The position numbers and the translations under genes were made by a program. From the NCBI GenBank assembly GCA_018818425.1, contig JAHISB010000026.1, positions 525 through 64,524 of the forward strand: a stretch of 64,000 nt of DNA. Direction: 5' to 3'. The stretch is from Patescibacteria group bacterium. Its GTDB lineage: Bacteria; Patescibacteriota; Patescibacteriia; UBA1558; UBA10009. Under the pieces are notes generated by a model. It saw nothing but the letters and a program-made list of their open reading frames with translations. It made no database searches and was not told the origin of the DNA. Of the stretch, positions 1-8,612 are shown piece by piece (position 1 is the first letter of the stretch; every line of letters begins with the position of its first letter).

Positions 1-62
1 ATTACTTTCTCAGGACAAGCAGTTACGCTTGCAGAATGGATAGCTATGTCTCCTATTCCCAT
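1..62 (-). CDS. hypothetical protein, 5' part only (runs off window)
   Basis: GAGGAGG RBS then ATG at 62, reading MGIGDIAIHSASVTACPEKV... Confidence 0.5.
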   Translation of the reverse strand, partial: MGIGDIAIHSASVTACPEKV

Positions 63-254
63 TGTTCAGCCCTCCTCATTTTTGAATCATTTTTATATCA
101 CAAGAACCCCCTTATCCTTTCATAAATTCTATAAATTGTCAATTGTTTTGAATCGTCTTGGCCTTTGATGAAAAAAATAAAGCCCCATTCGTGTAGAACG
201 GGGCCGCCCATAATTGGACTTCGGTCTGATGACCGCGTTATGTTTTCACCCTAT

Positions 255-1655
255 CTACCACAAGGCATTGCAGACCGTTTGGTAGATATCTCCTAACTTA
301 AGCCTTGTCGGATCAACTATTGGGTTGGTTAGCGAGCCGTTCAGGCCGGCGCCAAAGTCAGGAATGTACCAATTGGCGACAAGTGTATTCTCGGCTTCCA
401 TTTCAGCAGGTAAAATATTCAATCTGCGAATGGCTGCTTCTTTTTTCCGAAGTTCAACAATTGCTTGTTTTAACCTCGGCACCAGATGCACCTGCGGCCG
501 ACAGGTAATCTGCACATGTCCGCTACTGGGCCGTCTGACGATAGTAACGTCGCGCCTATAAGGATTTTCTGTACAGGTATGGCGCGAAGCCGGCCCAATG
601 CGGCTGCTGTCCGATTCAATTGCCGCAACCTCCCAACCCTTGATTTTGCTGGCGTATTTGATTCCGCCATTTCGTAAATCGCCCAAAGCCTTCAGCCAGT
701 CCGCTTGATAGGCAATCAGGTTCAACCAGCAATCCGTTAAAATGGCCGGCTTAAGCGACTGGGAGATTTGGTTTTCGACAATTAACTGTTGGGCAATGCC
801 TAGCAAGGTCAAGCTTTCAGCTAACCAGATGGTTTCGGGTTCATTGATCCTACTGTTATCGCCGCTCAGAATAATCAGCTTTAGCGACGGTGCGCTCATC
901 ATCTTGATGAGATCACTAAAACTCGGGTCTTCCTGGCAACGGTAGCCGCTCTCGTTCCATTTCCTGGCATTGAGTCTGTTGATGAAATTTAGGGTTGACT
1001 CAAAGTTGTCTAAATACCCCGGTTGTCCTGGTTCGAGTTCTAATGAGCTGACGATTGCCTTTGTTAATGAATGCTGAAGCAGTGTTTTGGCCTCGTTGGA
1101 AAAGCTGGCACCTTTGTCGGCCGAACCAACCCGCTTGATAATCAGCCGACACAGTCCGGTTAGTCGTTGGTAGGACTTTCCTTGCTCTTGCAAACTAACA
1201 TTGGGATCAAACGGACTAAACCGGACATTGCTAGCGCCTCTGATGATGTTGTTAATCACCAGATCGTTGGCTGGCAAGGTGCCGCCGTTGTTCTGAATGG
1301 AGAACCGAAAATTGGTTCCTTTTTGGTCATTGCCATCGATAAATCTCAACAGTCCAACAAATGGCTGTTGATCCAGTCCGACCTCTCTGGCAACGATTCT
1401 GGCTGCTGAGATTTTTTCCTGGCCGCCGTGATGATCGCGGCCAGTATGTTGCCCGCCAACATCAAAGAAAACAACTCCTTGTTCTTCCTCGTATCCCCGT
1501 ACTTGTTCTTTGGTCAGATCCCCAGCCGGCAGAAAAATTGTCGACAGAGAAATCAACTGTGGGTAGCGAGTTTCTGCAAATGCTCGAGACATACATCCAT
1601 CAAGGTCCGAAGCATGGTGCGTGGAAACGATTCTGGCTTTCCATAAGGGTAGCAT
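255..1655 (-). CDS. DHH/MYG1-like phosphoesterase-domain protein
   Basis: N-terminal THHASDLDG, DVGG and DHH motifs; GGAGG RBS. Confidence 0.55.
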   Translation of the reverse strand: MLPLWKARIVSTHHASDLDGCMSRAFAETRYPQLISLSTIFLPAGDLTKEQVRGYEEEQGVVFFDVGGQHTGRDHHGGQEKISAARIVAREVGLDQQPFVGLLRFIDGNDQKGTNFRFSIQNNGGTLPANDLVINNIIRGASNVRFSPFDPNVSLQEQGKSYQRLTGLCRLIIKRVGSADKGASFSNEAKTLLQHSLTKAIVSSLELEPGQPGYLDNFESTLNFINRLNARKWNESGYRCQEDPSFSDLIKMMSAPSLKLIILSGDNSRINEPETIWLAESLTLLGIAQQLIVENQISQSLKPAILTDCWLNLIAYQADWLKALGDLRNGGIKYASKIKGWEVAAIESDSSRIGPASRHTCTENPYRRDVTIVRRPSSGHVQITCRPQVHLVPRLKQAIVELRKKEAAIRRLNILPAEMEAENTLVANWYIPDFGAGLNGSLTNPIVDPTRLKLGDIYQTVCNALW

Positions 1656-1817
1656 TTCAACCTCCTATAAAAGGACTTGGTTTATACCCTTTATTTCAAG
1701 GGTTGGATTTGATTTTTTTATCTAGTTGTTATGGTACTAACCCAAAACAATAGCATATTTCCTAGAAAATGTCAATGTTTGGCTAATTTCAGAGATTTTG
1801 TTATATTTATCAATAAT

Positions 1818-3479
1818 ATGATTGACCTAAAAAAATTACCATCTCAACCAGGCATTTACCCCGCACCAGTTTATAAGAATAAAATAAAAACCTCCTTAAA
1901 CTTCATGCCTAACTGGTGCGGGGTGTACAAATTCCTTGACCAGCAAGGCAAACTTTTATACATTGGCAAAGCTAAGAATTTGAAAAATAGAATTAAATCA
2001 TATTTTACAAAATCGGCTGATTTGACGCCGGCTAAAAAGTTGATGATTGAGAGAATTAAAAAGATTGAATTTACTGTTGTTTCTAACGAGACCGAAGCTT
2101 TGCTGTTGGAATCAACGTTGATTAAAAAACATCAGCCGCCTTTTAATGTTGAACTTAAAGACGATAAACATTGGCAGTATATAAAAGTTACGCTCAACGA
2201 AGCGTTTCCGAAAGTGGAAATTGTAAGGAAAATAACTAAAAACTTAAAACTGAAAACTAATAAAAAACCGAGATACTTTGGTCCTTATACTTCAGGCCTG
2301 GCTGTTAGACAAACCATTCGATTGATAAAAAAAGTTTTTCCTTACAGAACTTGTAATCGCGACCTTTCTAAACTACCGAAGGGGAGGGTCTGTCTGCAAT
2401 ACCATTTAGGCAGATGTTTGGGGCCGTGCGAAAAACTTTGTACCAAAAAAGGGTATGATGAAGTCATTAAACAAGCGGTTGATTTTCTTGCCGGAAAAAC
2501 TGGCGACATAATTAAAGACTTAAAACTGAAGATGCAAAATTCATCAGATAAAAAAGAGTATGAAAAAGCCAAAGTTTATCGCGACCAGATTCAAGCTATA
2601 GAAAAACTGACCGTTAAACAAAAAGTTGTTTCAACAAAACATGAAAATCAGGATTACCTTAACATTTTTAAAGAAAGAAACTTGGCCGCCGCCGCTTTAT
2701 TCAAAGTCAGGGACGGAAAATTATTAGACCAGTTGAATTTTACTTTAAAAAATGCCGAAATCTTTTCCGAAGCAGAGCTTTTAGAACAGTTCGTCAATCA
2801 ATATTATTCGCAGACGACTGATTTTCCCAAAGAAATGATTTTGCCGGTAAAAATTGACGTTCAGCTTAAAATTATTGTTCCGCAAAAAGGCGCTAAGAAA
2901 AAATTGTTGAATTTAGCCAAGGTCAACGCTAAAGAATATTTTTTGACTCAGCTGGCTTCGTGGGAGAAAAAAACCAAAGAAACTGATAAAAAATTAGAAG
3001 AACTTAAAAAAGTTTTAAATCTGACTAAAATTCCTCAAAGGATTGAGGGCTATGATATTTCCAATCTCGGCGGAAGTTTAGCTGTCGGCTCTATGGCGGT
3101 GATGACCAACGGACAGCCCGATAAAAACGAGTATCGCAAATTTAAAATTAAGACGATTAAAGGCGCCAACGACCCGGCCATGATTGGCGAGATTATTAAA
3201 AGACGGTTGAACAACAATTGGCCCAAGCCCGATTTAATGCTGATTGACGGCGGCCCGGCACAGCTCAACGCCGCTTTGAAACAAATTGATGAAAATAATA
3301 TTCCCATTGTCAGCTTAGCCAAAAAACAGGAAAAAATTTACAAACCTGACGGAAAACTGCCGCTTAAACTGCCAAAATTCTCCCCGGCTCTCCAGCTTTT
3401 GCAGCAACTCCGCGACGAAGCCCATAGGTTTGCTGTTTCTTATCATCGAAAGTTGAGGAAAAAACGATTGGTCGGGTAG
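1818..3479 (+). CDS. uvrC: excinuclease ABC subunit C, lacking C-terminal HhH, with a 23-aa insertion in the GIY-YIG domain
   Basis: YIGKAKNL, EALLLE, Cys cluster, IEGYDIS, LIDGG, RDEAHRFA. Confidence 0.95.
   Translation: MIDLKKLPSQPGIYPAPVYKNKIKTSLNFMPNWCGVYKFLDQQGKLLYIGKAKNLKNRIKSYFTKSADLTPAKKLMIERIKKIEFTVVSNETEALLLESTLIKKHQPPFNVELKDDKHWQYIKVTLNEAFPKVEIVRKITKNLKLKTNKKPRYFGPYTSGLAVRQTIRLIKKVFPYRTCNRDLSKLPKGRVCLQYHLGRCLGPCEKLCTKKGYDEVIKQAVDFLAGKTGDIIKDLKLKMQNSSDKKEYEKAKVYRDQIQAIEKLTVKQKVVSTKHENQDYLNIFKERNLAAAALFKVRDGKLLDQLNFTLKNAEIFSEAELLEQFVNQYYSQTTDFPKEMILPVKIDVQLKIIVPQKGAKKKLLNLAKVNAKEYFLTQLASWEKKTKETDKKLEELKKVLNLTKIPQRIEGYDISNLGGSLAVGSMAVMTNGQPDKNEYRKFKIKTIKGANDPAMIGEIIKRRLNNNWPKPDLMLIDGGPAQLNAALKQIDENNIPIVSLAKKQEKIYKPDGKLPLKLPKFSPALQLLQQLRDEAHRFAVSYHRKLRKKRLVG
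1858..1925. mobile_element. MITE-like element inserted in frame in uvrC
   Basis: 14-bp perfect IR ACCCCGCACCAGTT/AACTGGTGCGGGGT; TAC codon on both sides 69 bp apart. Confidence 0.75.
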
Positions 3480-3573
3480 CGGCGCAAAATGTTGCGCCGC
3501 GAAAAAAGATTGATCGGGTAGGCCTTGCATTATTATACACGAACCGTACGTACGCGCCGCGGCGCGTACGTAC
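3476..3573. repeat. GTAG-type REP hairpin and 28-bp perfect palindrome after uvrC
   Basis: GCGGCGCAA-aatg-TTGCGCCGC; GTACGTACGCGCCGCGGCGCGTACGTAC. Confidence 0.7.
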
Positions 3574-3655
3574 AATAATGTAATTATTCAAATAAAAAAC
3601 CCCGACATCCTTTTCAGAACATCGGGGGGTGCTCACTGATCACTGATCATTGAAC

Positions 3656-5779
3656 CTACTTCACCAGCATCATTTTTCCGACTTTGGTGAAATCGCCGGA
3701 AGCGAGGTGATAGAAGTAAATTCCTGAAGCCAGATGTGAACCGTCGAAAGTGACTTCGTGAATTCCTGATTCGCGGTATCCGTTGACCAGTTGAGTTACC
3801 TGCCGTCCGTTGATATCGCAGACGGTCAAAGTAACATGGCTGGCTTCGGGCAGGGTGAACGAAAGCGTAGTGGTGGGATTGAAGGGGTTGGGATAACTGC
3901 CGATGGAGTATTCCATTAGAACTTCGGCAATCTGACCCTGTACATCTTTATCCGCGCCTCCGTTCAGCACTCGCAGAACGTCCAGAGTTTTAATTTTATA
4001 CCCGTTGAACCAATCCAAGCTTGATGACCCGCCATAGTACGACGACTGGGCATGATTGTAATTGCCATAAGTTCCAGTGGCATCGGACCACACCATGCTG
4101 GCAACAGACTCCTCGCCCTCTAAGTTGAACGGATCATCATCCAGAATCGCTCCCCAAGCATTTGGAGTTTCTGGGTTGAAATCTGCAGCCAACGGCGGGA
4201 GATAACCAGTATCGCCATCGTACATATAGGTACTGATGGCGTCGTTGCTGCAGGCGCCGGTGTTCACATTAGAGGCAGTAGCTCTAAGGATATAGAACTT
4301 GGAACTTCCCGGCGCAATTTCTCTTTCGTCATAAAACGTCAGAGTTACGGTATAAGTCCAGTCATCAGCATAAAGATGGCCGGTGGGACTGGACAGATTC
4401 TCGCCGTTCTCGCCCCAGACCCGATAAGCGTCGGTGCCGCTTAATCCCGGGGTTAACTCCACAGCAGTCTCATACGAACTACCCTCTAAAACCCTTAGGT
4501 AGGTAAGGTTCAGTATTCCTGCCGTAGGCACACTATCGTACAGATGTATTTTGAACGTCTTCTGCCCAAGAGTTAAAGGCGTACCGCCTTCTTGAGCCGG
4601 AACTTCCCAGCGGTACAACTCCACTGTTCCGTTGGTCAAGATGGTGTTGGTGGTAACATCAGGGATGATTGTTGGAAAGTTGCCATGAACGATCATTTGA
4701 TTTCCGACAATATCCTCTCCGTTGCTGGTTTCGGTAAGCGTTGTGCCGCTCGAGCCGACTGCTTCAAAGTTGCTATCGCAATCAAACCCGGCGCTAATCA
4801 AATCGCCGGTATAAGCTCCATAGGTTTGGTTGATTGGCGCCAGATTGAAGCAAACATCAACTACAACATAAGGCCCCATTGGCGCATAAAGCGGTTCTGC
4901 CGTAATGTTAAAGTCGGCATTGCCGCTGACCATTGTTTGAGTGGCTTCCACCATCTGTCCGGCTTCGTTGGGGTAGCTGATAGTTACGCTCTCAACTGAC
5001 CGATCATAGATCGACAGTTCGGCCTGCTTGATTCTTAGTTTCCAAACGCTGAAGTTCTCGTTCACAGCCAGAAATCTCAACTGCTCCATTTCAACTCCGT
5101 CAGCGCCAGCCACCACATTGGCAGTTTGAGGATTAACGCCGGCGGTTACATACAGCTCGCCGGGTTCAGATTCCACATACACTTGCGAACACCACAGCAC
5201 TGAGTCTTCCGGCCAGACAAACGGAGTTCCCGGACGCATATTAATGTCGTGATGCGCCAAGTAGAACTGCCCTTCGCTGGGTTGCTGGTTCCAATCCGAA
5301 GTAAGCAGAACCTGCAAACGCAATAAGTTAGCGCCTCTATTGAGAATGTAGGCAACATGCCCTTCAAAGAAACTGACTTTTGACAGCTCGGTTCCTAAGG
5401 AATCAAAGTTAACGTAGGGCGTTAACATTTGATAGTTCTCATCACAAAGCGCCGCGGCGCTGACGTGATCGGCCAAGCTGCCGGTTACGTAGAAATCCCA
5501 GCCATGGGTTAACCTACGCCAGTCAGAATAAACAGTGATTGAGTCTGCCGGGTAGATTACGTACGATGTCGCTTCAAACGACCCCGAGCCGTTAAAGTAG
5601 AAACCAACAGCATTGTCGGTTTGTCCTGATTCGGGGGGTTTGATATCTAAGTCGCCCCATTCGCCTTCCGCTAATTTAAGGACTCGGGGGTGGCGAGGGT
5701 ACTCGTTTGCCTCAGAGGCAAACAAAAAAGTGGCCAGCATTAAGCTGATCGCGATTGTCCAGATAATGATTGTCTTCAT
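3656..5779 (-). CDS. secreted protein with C-terminal T9SS type A sorting-like domain
   Basis: signal peptide; C-terminus YPNPFNPTTTLSF...LASGIYFYHL...KMMLVK. Confidence 0.8.
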   Translation of the reverse strand: MKTIIIWTIAISLMLATFLFASEANEYPRHPRVLKLAEGEWGDLDIKPPESGQTDNAVGFYFNGSGSFEATSYVIYPADSITVYSDWRRLTHGWDFYVTGSLADHVSAAALCDENYQMLTPYVNFDSLGTELSKVSFFEGHVAYILNRGANLLRLQVLLTSDWNQQPSEGQFYLAHHDINMRPGTPFVWPEDSVLWCSQVYVESEPGELYVTAGVNPQTANVVAGADGVEMEQLRFLAVNENFSVWKLRIKQAELSIYDRSVESVTISYPNEAGQMVEATQTMVSGNADFNITAEPLYAPMGPYVVVDVCFNLAPINQTYGAYTGDLISAGFDCDSNFEAVGSSGTTLTETSNGEDIVGNQMIVHGNFPTIIPDVTTNTILTNGTVELYRWEVPAQEGGTPLTLGQKTFKIHLYDSVPTAGILNLTYLRVLEGSSYETAVELTPGLSGTDAYRVWGENGENLSSPTGHLYADDWTYTVTLTFYDEREIAPGSSKFYILRATASNVNTGACSNDAISTYMYDGDTGYLPPLAADFNPETPNAWGAILDDDPFNLEGEESVASMVWSDATGTYGNYNHAQSSYYGGSSSLDWFNGYKIKTLDVLRVLNGGADKDVQGQIAEVLMEYSIGSYPNPFNPTTTLSFTLPEASHVTLTVCDINGRQVTQLVNGYRESGIHEVTFDGSHLASGIYFYHLASGDFTKVGKMMLVK

Positions 5780-5944
5780 TACTTACTCCATTCTTTCTTT
5801 AATTTTTTTGATTTTTTTGAATCTTCTTCTGATTATCTACATTTTAGGCAAAATTTACCCCTATTTCCCTTTTTTTCTCCTTTCTTTTATATTCAATTTT
5901 TAGTGTGCTGTGTATATATAACACGCGAATCTGATATTTATTTC

Positions 5945-6050
5945 ATCGTGTATCGCTGTTCATGTATCGTTAATATTAGATATATGATTCGTGGTTCGCG
6001 ATACACGATACCTGCCTGCCGGCAGGCGCGGCACGATATACGATACACGA
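5945..6050. repeat. CACGATA-type heptamer inverted array with nested CCTGCCTGCCGGCAGG REP
   Basis: TATCG units on the left, CACGATA units on the right; REP at 6011-6026. Confidence 0.65.
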
Positions 6051-6100
6051 CAAGTTTGACAAAACTTTCTCTTTCTGCTATGCTTTTTCTAACGTTTTTT

Positions 6101-6322
6101 ATGGAACAAATTCTACAAATATCTCAAATAGTTATTGCCGTTCTGTTGATAATCTTTATTCTGATTCAGCAGCGCGGGGCCGGTTTAGGCGGTATTTTTG
6201 GCGGCGAGGGCGGCGTCTACCGCACCAAACGAGGCATTGAAAAAACCTTATTTATTCTCACTATAATCTCGGCTGTTTTATTTATGGCTACTTCTTTAGC
6301 CATTGTTTTCTTAAACCAATAA
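6101..6322 (+). CDS. secG: preprotein translocase subunit SecG
   Basis: ILIQQRGAGLGGIFGG...RGIEKTLF, two TM helices. Confidence 0.92.
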   Translation: MEQILQISQIVIAVLLIIFILIQQRGAGLGGIFGGEGGVYRTKRGIEKTLFILTIISAVLFMATSLAIVFLNQ

Positions 6323-6336
6323 CCATCTCTCACCAA

Positions 6337-8211
6337 GTGAAGCTTTCTTCTTTTTTGAAGCAACTGCCCGGAGTTCCGGGCCAAGTTGTTTCAGTTGTAA
6401 AAAAAATAATTCCAGCTAAGCTGGCAAATAAAAACTGCGGTCCCGCTGACCAGCCGACCCTCTCTAAAAAAATGGATCAGCGCTTAGTTTTTAATCTTTC
6501 CAAAAAAAATAAAAAAATACCCAGCTTCGCCCAATTAAGAGCCCTGCCGAAATTTTTAAGCAGTGCGGAAAAGAAAACCATCAACTGGCTGACATTGGTG
6601 ATTGTCATCTGCTTTGTTTTACTGATTGGCAATTTCTATCATTCTCATACTACCCTGCTGCCGGCGCCGGGCGGCTCTTACACCGAAGGGCTGGTCGGCA
6701 CGCCCCAATTTATTAATCCCTTGCTGGCTTCTTACAATGATGTGGACAGAGACTTAGCTTCTTTGATTTTTAACGGACTGCTTAAATATAATAACGAAGG
6801 TATTTTAGTGCCGGATTTGGCCGAACAGCTCCAAATCAGCCCCGACGGCTTAATCTACAACTTTAAGCTCCGCCAAGATGTTTTATGGCACGACAACAAG
6901 CCCTTTACGGCCGATGATGTTGTGTTTACCGTAGCCAATATCCAGGACCCGTCATGGCAAAGCCAGCTGAAGAGCGCCTTGGGCAATGTGCAAATAGAAA
7001 AAATTGACGAATTCACTCTGCGCTTTATTCTTAAAGACCCTTTGCCTAATTTTTTAAACAGCTTAACCTTTGGCATTCTGCCGGAACATTTATGGCTGGC
7101 CATACCTTCCAGCAACGCCACCTTGGCAGAGCTGAATAAAAAACCTGTCGGCACCGGCCCTTTTAAATTCAAATCCTTAACCAAAGATAAAAACGGCAAT
7201 ATCCGCACCTATATCATGGCTCGCAACGAAAATTACTACATGGCTAAACCCTATCTTGAAGAAATCAGCTTTAAATTCTATGGCGACTTCGAAACCGCCG
7301 CCAAAGCTTTAGCTAACAATAATATACAGGGTTTGGGCTTATTGCCTAAGGAATATCTGGCTACGGCTGAAGAAAATAAAAATATCAAATTTTACTCTTT
7401 ATCGCTGCCTCAATATACAGCCGTCTTCTTCAACCCTACAAAAAATGAACTGCTCAAAACTATAAAAGTCCGCCAGGCTCTGGCCTATGCTATCAACCGC
7501 CAGGCGATTTTAGAGCAGTCTTTAGACCAAAAAGGAGTGATTATCAACGGGCCGATTCTGCCCGGCTTTACCGGCTACCACCCGGATATTAAAAAATACT
7601 CATACGACCCCCTGGCCGCTAAAACTCTTTTAGACGAAAGCGGCTGGAAAATGGGCGAAGACGGCCTGCGCCGAAAGGGCGAAGAAGCTCTGCAAATCAC
7701 CTTAACTACCGTAGAAAAAATTGAATACACTAAAGCCGTAGAAATTATCAAGCAGAACTGGGAAGCTATCGGGGTCGGCGTCACTTTAGAAATTATTGCC
7801 AAAGACAGAATTAGAACCGACATTATTGAACCGCGCAATTACCAGGCTCTGTTATTCGGTGAAATAATAAAATCCGACCCTTATCCTTTTTGGCACTCGT
7901 CGCAAACAGAAAGCCCGGGGGCTAATCTGGCTGTTTGGGCCAACCACGAAGTAGATAAGGTTTTGGAAGAAGCCCGGCTTTTAAATGACGCCGAAGAAAT
8001 TAATAAAAAGTATGTCCATTTCCAAAACATCCTGGCCGATAATGTGCCTGCCATCTTTCTCTATAATCCTATTCATATCTATCCGGTTGATAAAAAAATT
8101 AAAGGGATCACCACTCGCCGCATCTCTGCTCCTTCTGACCGCTTTACCAGAATTACTGATTGGTATGTTAAGACTAAACGACAATTTTCATGGTCCCTAG
8201 AAGAAAAATAA
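6337..8211 (+). CDS. ABC peptide substrate-binding protein (family 5), membrane-anchored
   Basis: LVPDLA, WHDNKPFTADDVVFT, PVGTGPFK, VRQALAYAINR. Confidence 0.9.
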   Translation: MKLSSFLKQLPGVPGQVVSVVKKIIPAKLANKNCGPADQPTLSKKMDQRLVFNLSKKNKKIPSFAQLRALPKFLSSAEKKTINWLTLVIVICFVLLIGNFYHSHTTLLPAPGGSYTEGLVGTPQFINPLLASYNDVDRDLASLIFNGLLKYNNEGILVPDLAEQLQISPDGLIYNFKLRQDVLWHDNKPFTADDVVFTVANIQDPSWQSQLKSALGNVQIEKIDEFTLRFILKDPLPNFLNSLTFGILPEHLWLAIPSSNATLAELNKKPVGTGPFKFKSLTKDKNGNIRTYIMARNENYYMAKPYLEEISFKFYGDFETAAKALANNNIQGLGLLPKEYLATAEENKNIKFYSLSLPQYTAVFFNPTKNELLKTIKVRQALAYAINRQAILEQSLDQKGVIINGPILPGFTGYHPDIKKYSYDPLAAKTLLDESGWKMGEDGLRRKGEEALQITLTTVEKIEYTKAVEIIKQNWEAIGVGVTLEIIAKDRIRTDIIEPRNYQALLFGEIIKSDPYPFWHSSQTESPGANLAVWANHEVDKVLEEARLLNDAEEINKKYVHFQNILADNVPAIFLYNPIHIYPVDKKIKGITTRRISAPSDRFTRITDWYVKTKRQFSWSLEEK

Positions 8212-8368
8212 TCCTTATTTCTCTTATACTCAATTGCTTAAATAATTCCGTATAATGCCCCGAAGCTTTACTTTGAAAAATCCTTTGATATTAAAGTAAA
8301 AAATTCACTTTAATAAATTAGATAAATTAGGAGTTATAAAAGCGAAGGGGTATAAAATAACTAATAAT

Positions 8369-8474
8369 GTCGCGGTGGTGGAATTCCCGCCATGAGCCAT
8401 AGGCCATCTAGGCCAAGGGCCCATATCAGCCTATGGCTTGAGGCCCTTTGGCCGAAAGGCGGACAAGGGCAGAT
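8369..8474 (+). pseudogene. tRNA-Leu-like 5' fragment interrupted by nested REPs
   Basis: GTCGCGGTGGTGGAATT[CCCGCC...GGCGGACAAG]GGCAGAT just upstream of the intact tRNA-Leu. Confidence 0.6.
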
Positions 8475-8486
8475 TTAAAATTTTTT

Positions 8487-8574
8487 GCCAAAGTGGTGAA
8501 ATTGGTATACACGCTAGCTTCAGGAGCTAGTTCCCTTAAAGGGAGTGTGGGTTCGAGTCCCACCTTTGGCACCA
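8487..8574 (+). tRNA. tRNA-Leu(CAG)
   Basis: cloverleaf with long variable arm; CTAGC-TTCAGGA-GCTAG; encoded CCA. Confidence 0.95.
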
Positions 8575-8612
8575 TCAAGTCTGACTCAAACATTATTTAT
8601 AATTAACAATTT

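Noticed and set aside
1731-1817. N-terminal extension of UvrC in the ORF track
   Set aside because: Homology begins at MIDLKK (ATG 1818); the upstream part is promoter-like.
5903-6100. Long N-terminal extension of SecG
   Set aside because: It translates a repeat array and REP; the real start is probably 6101.
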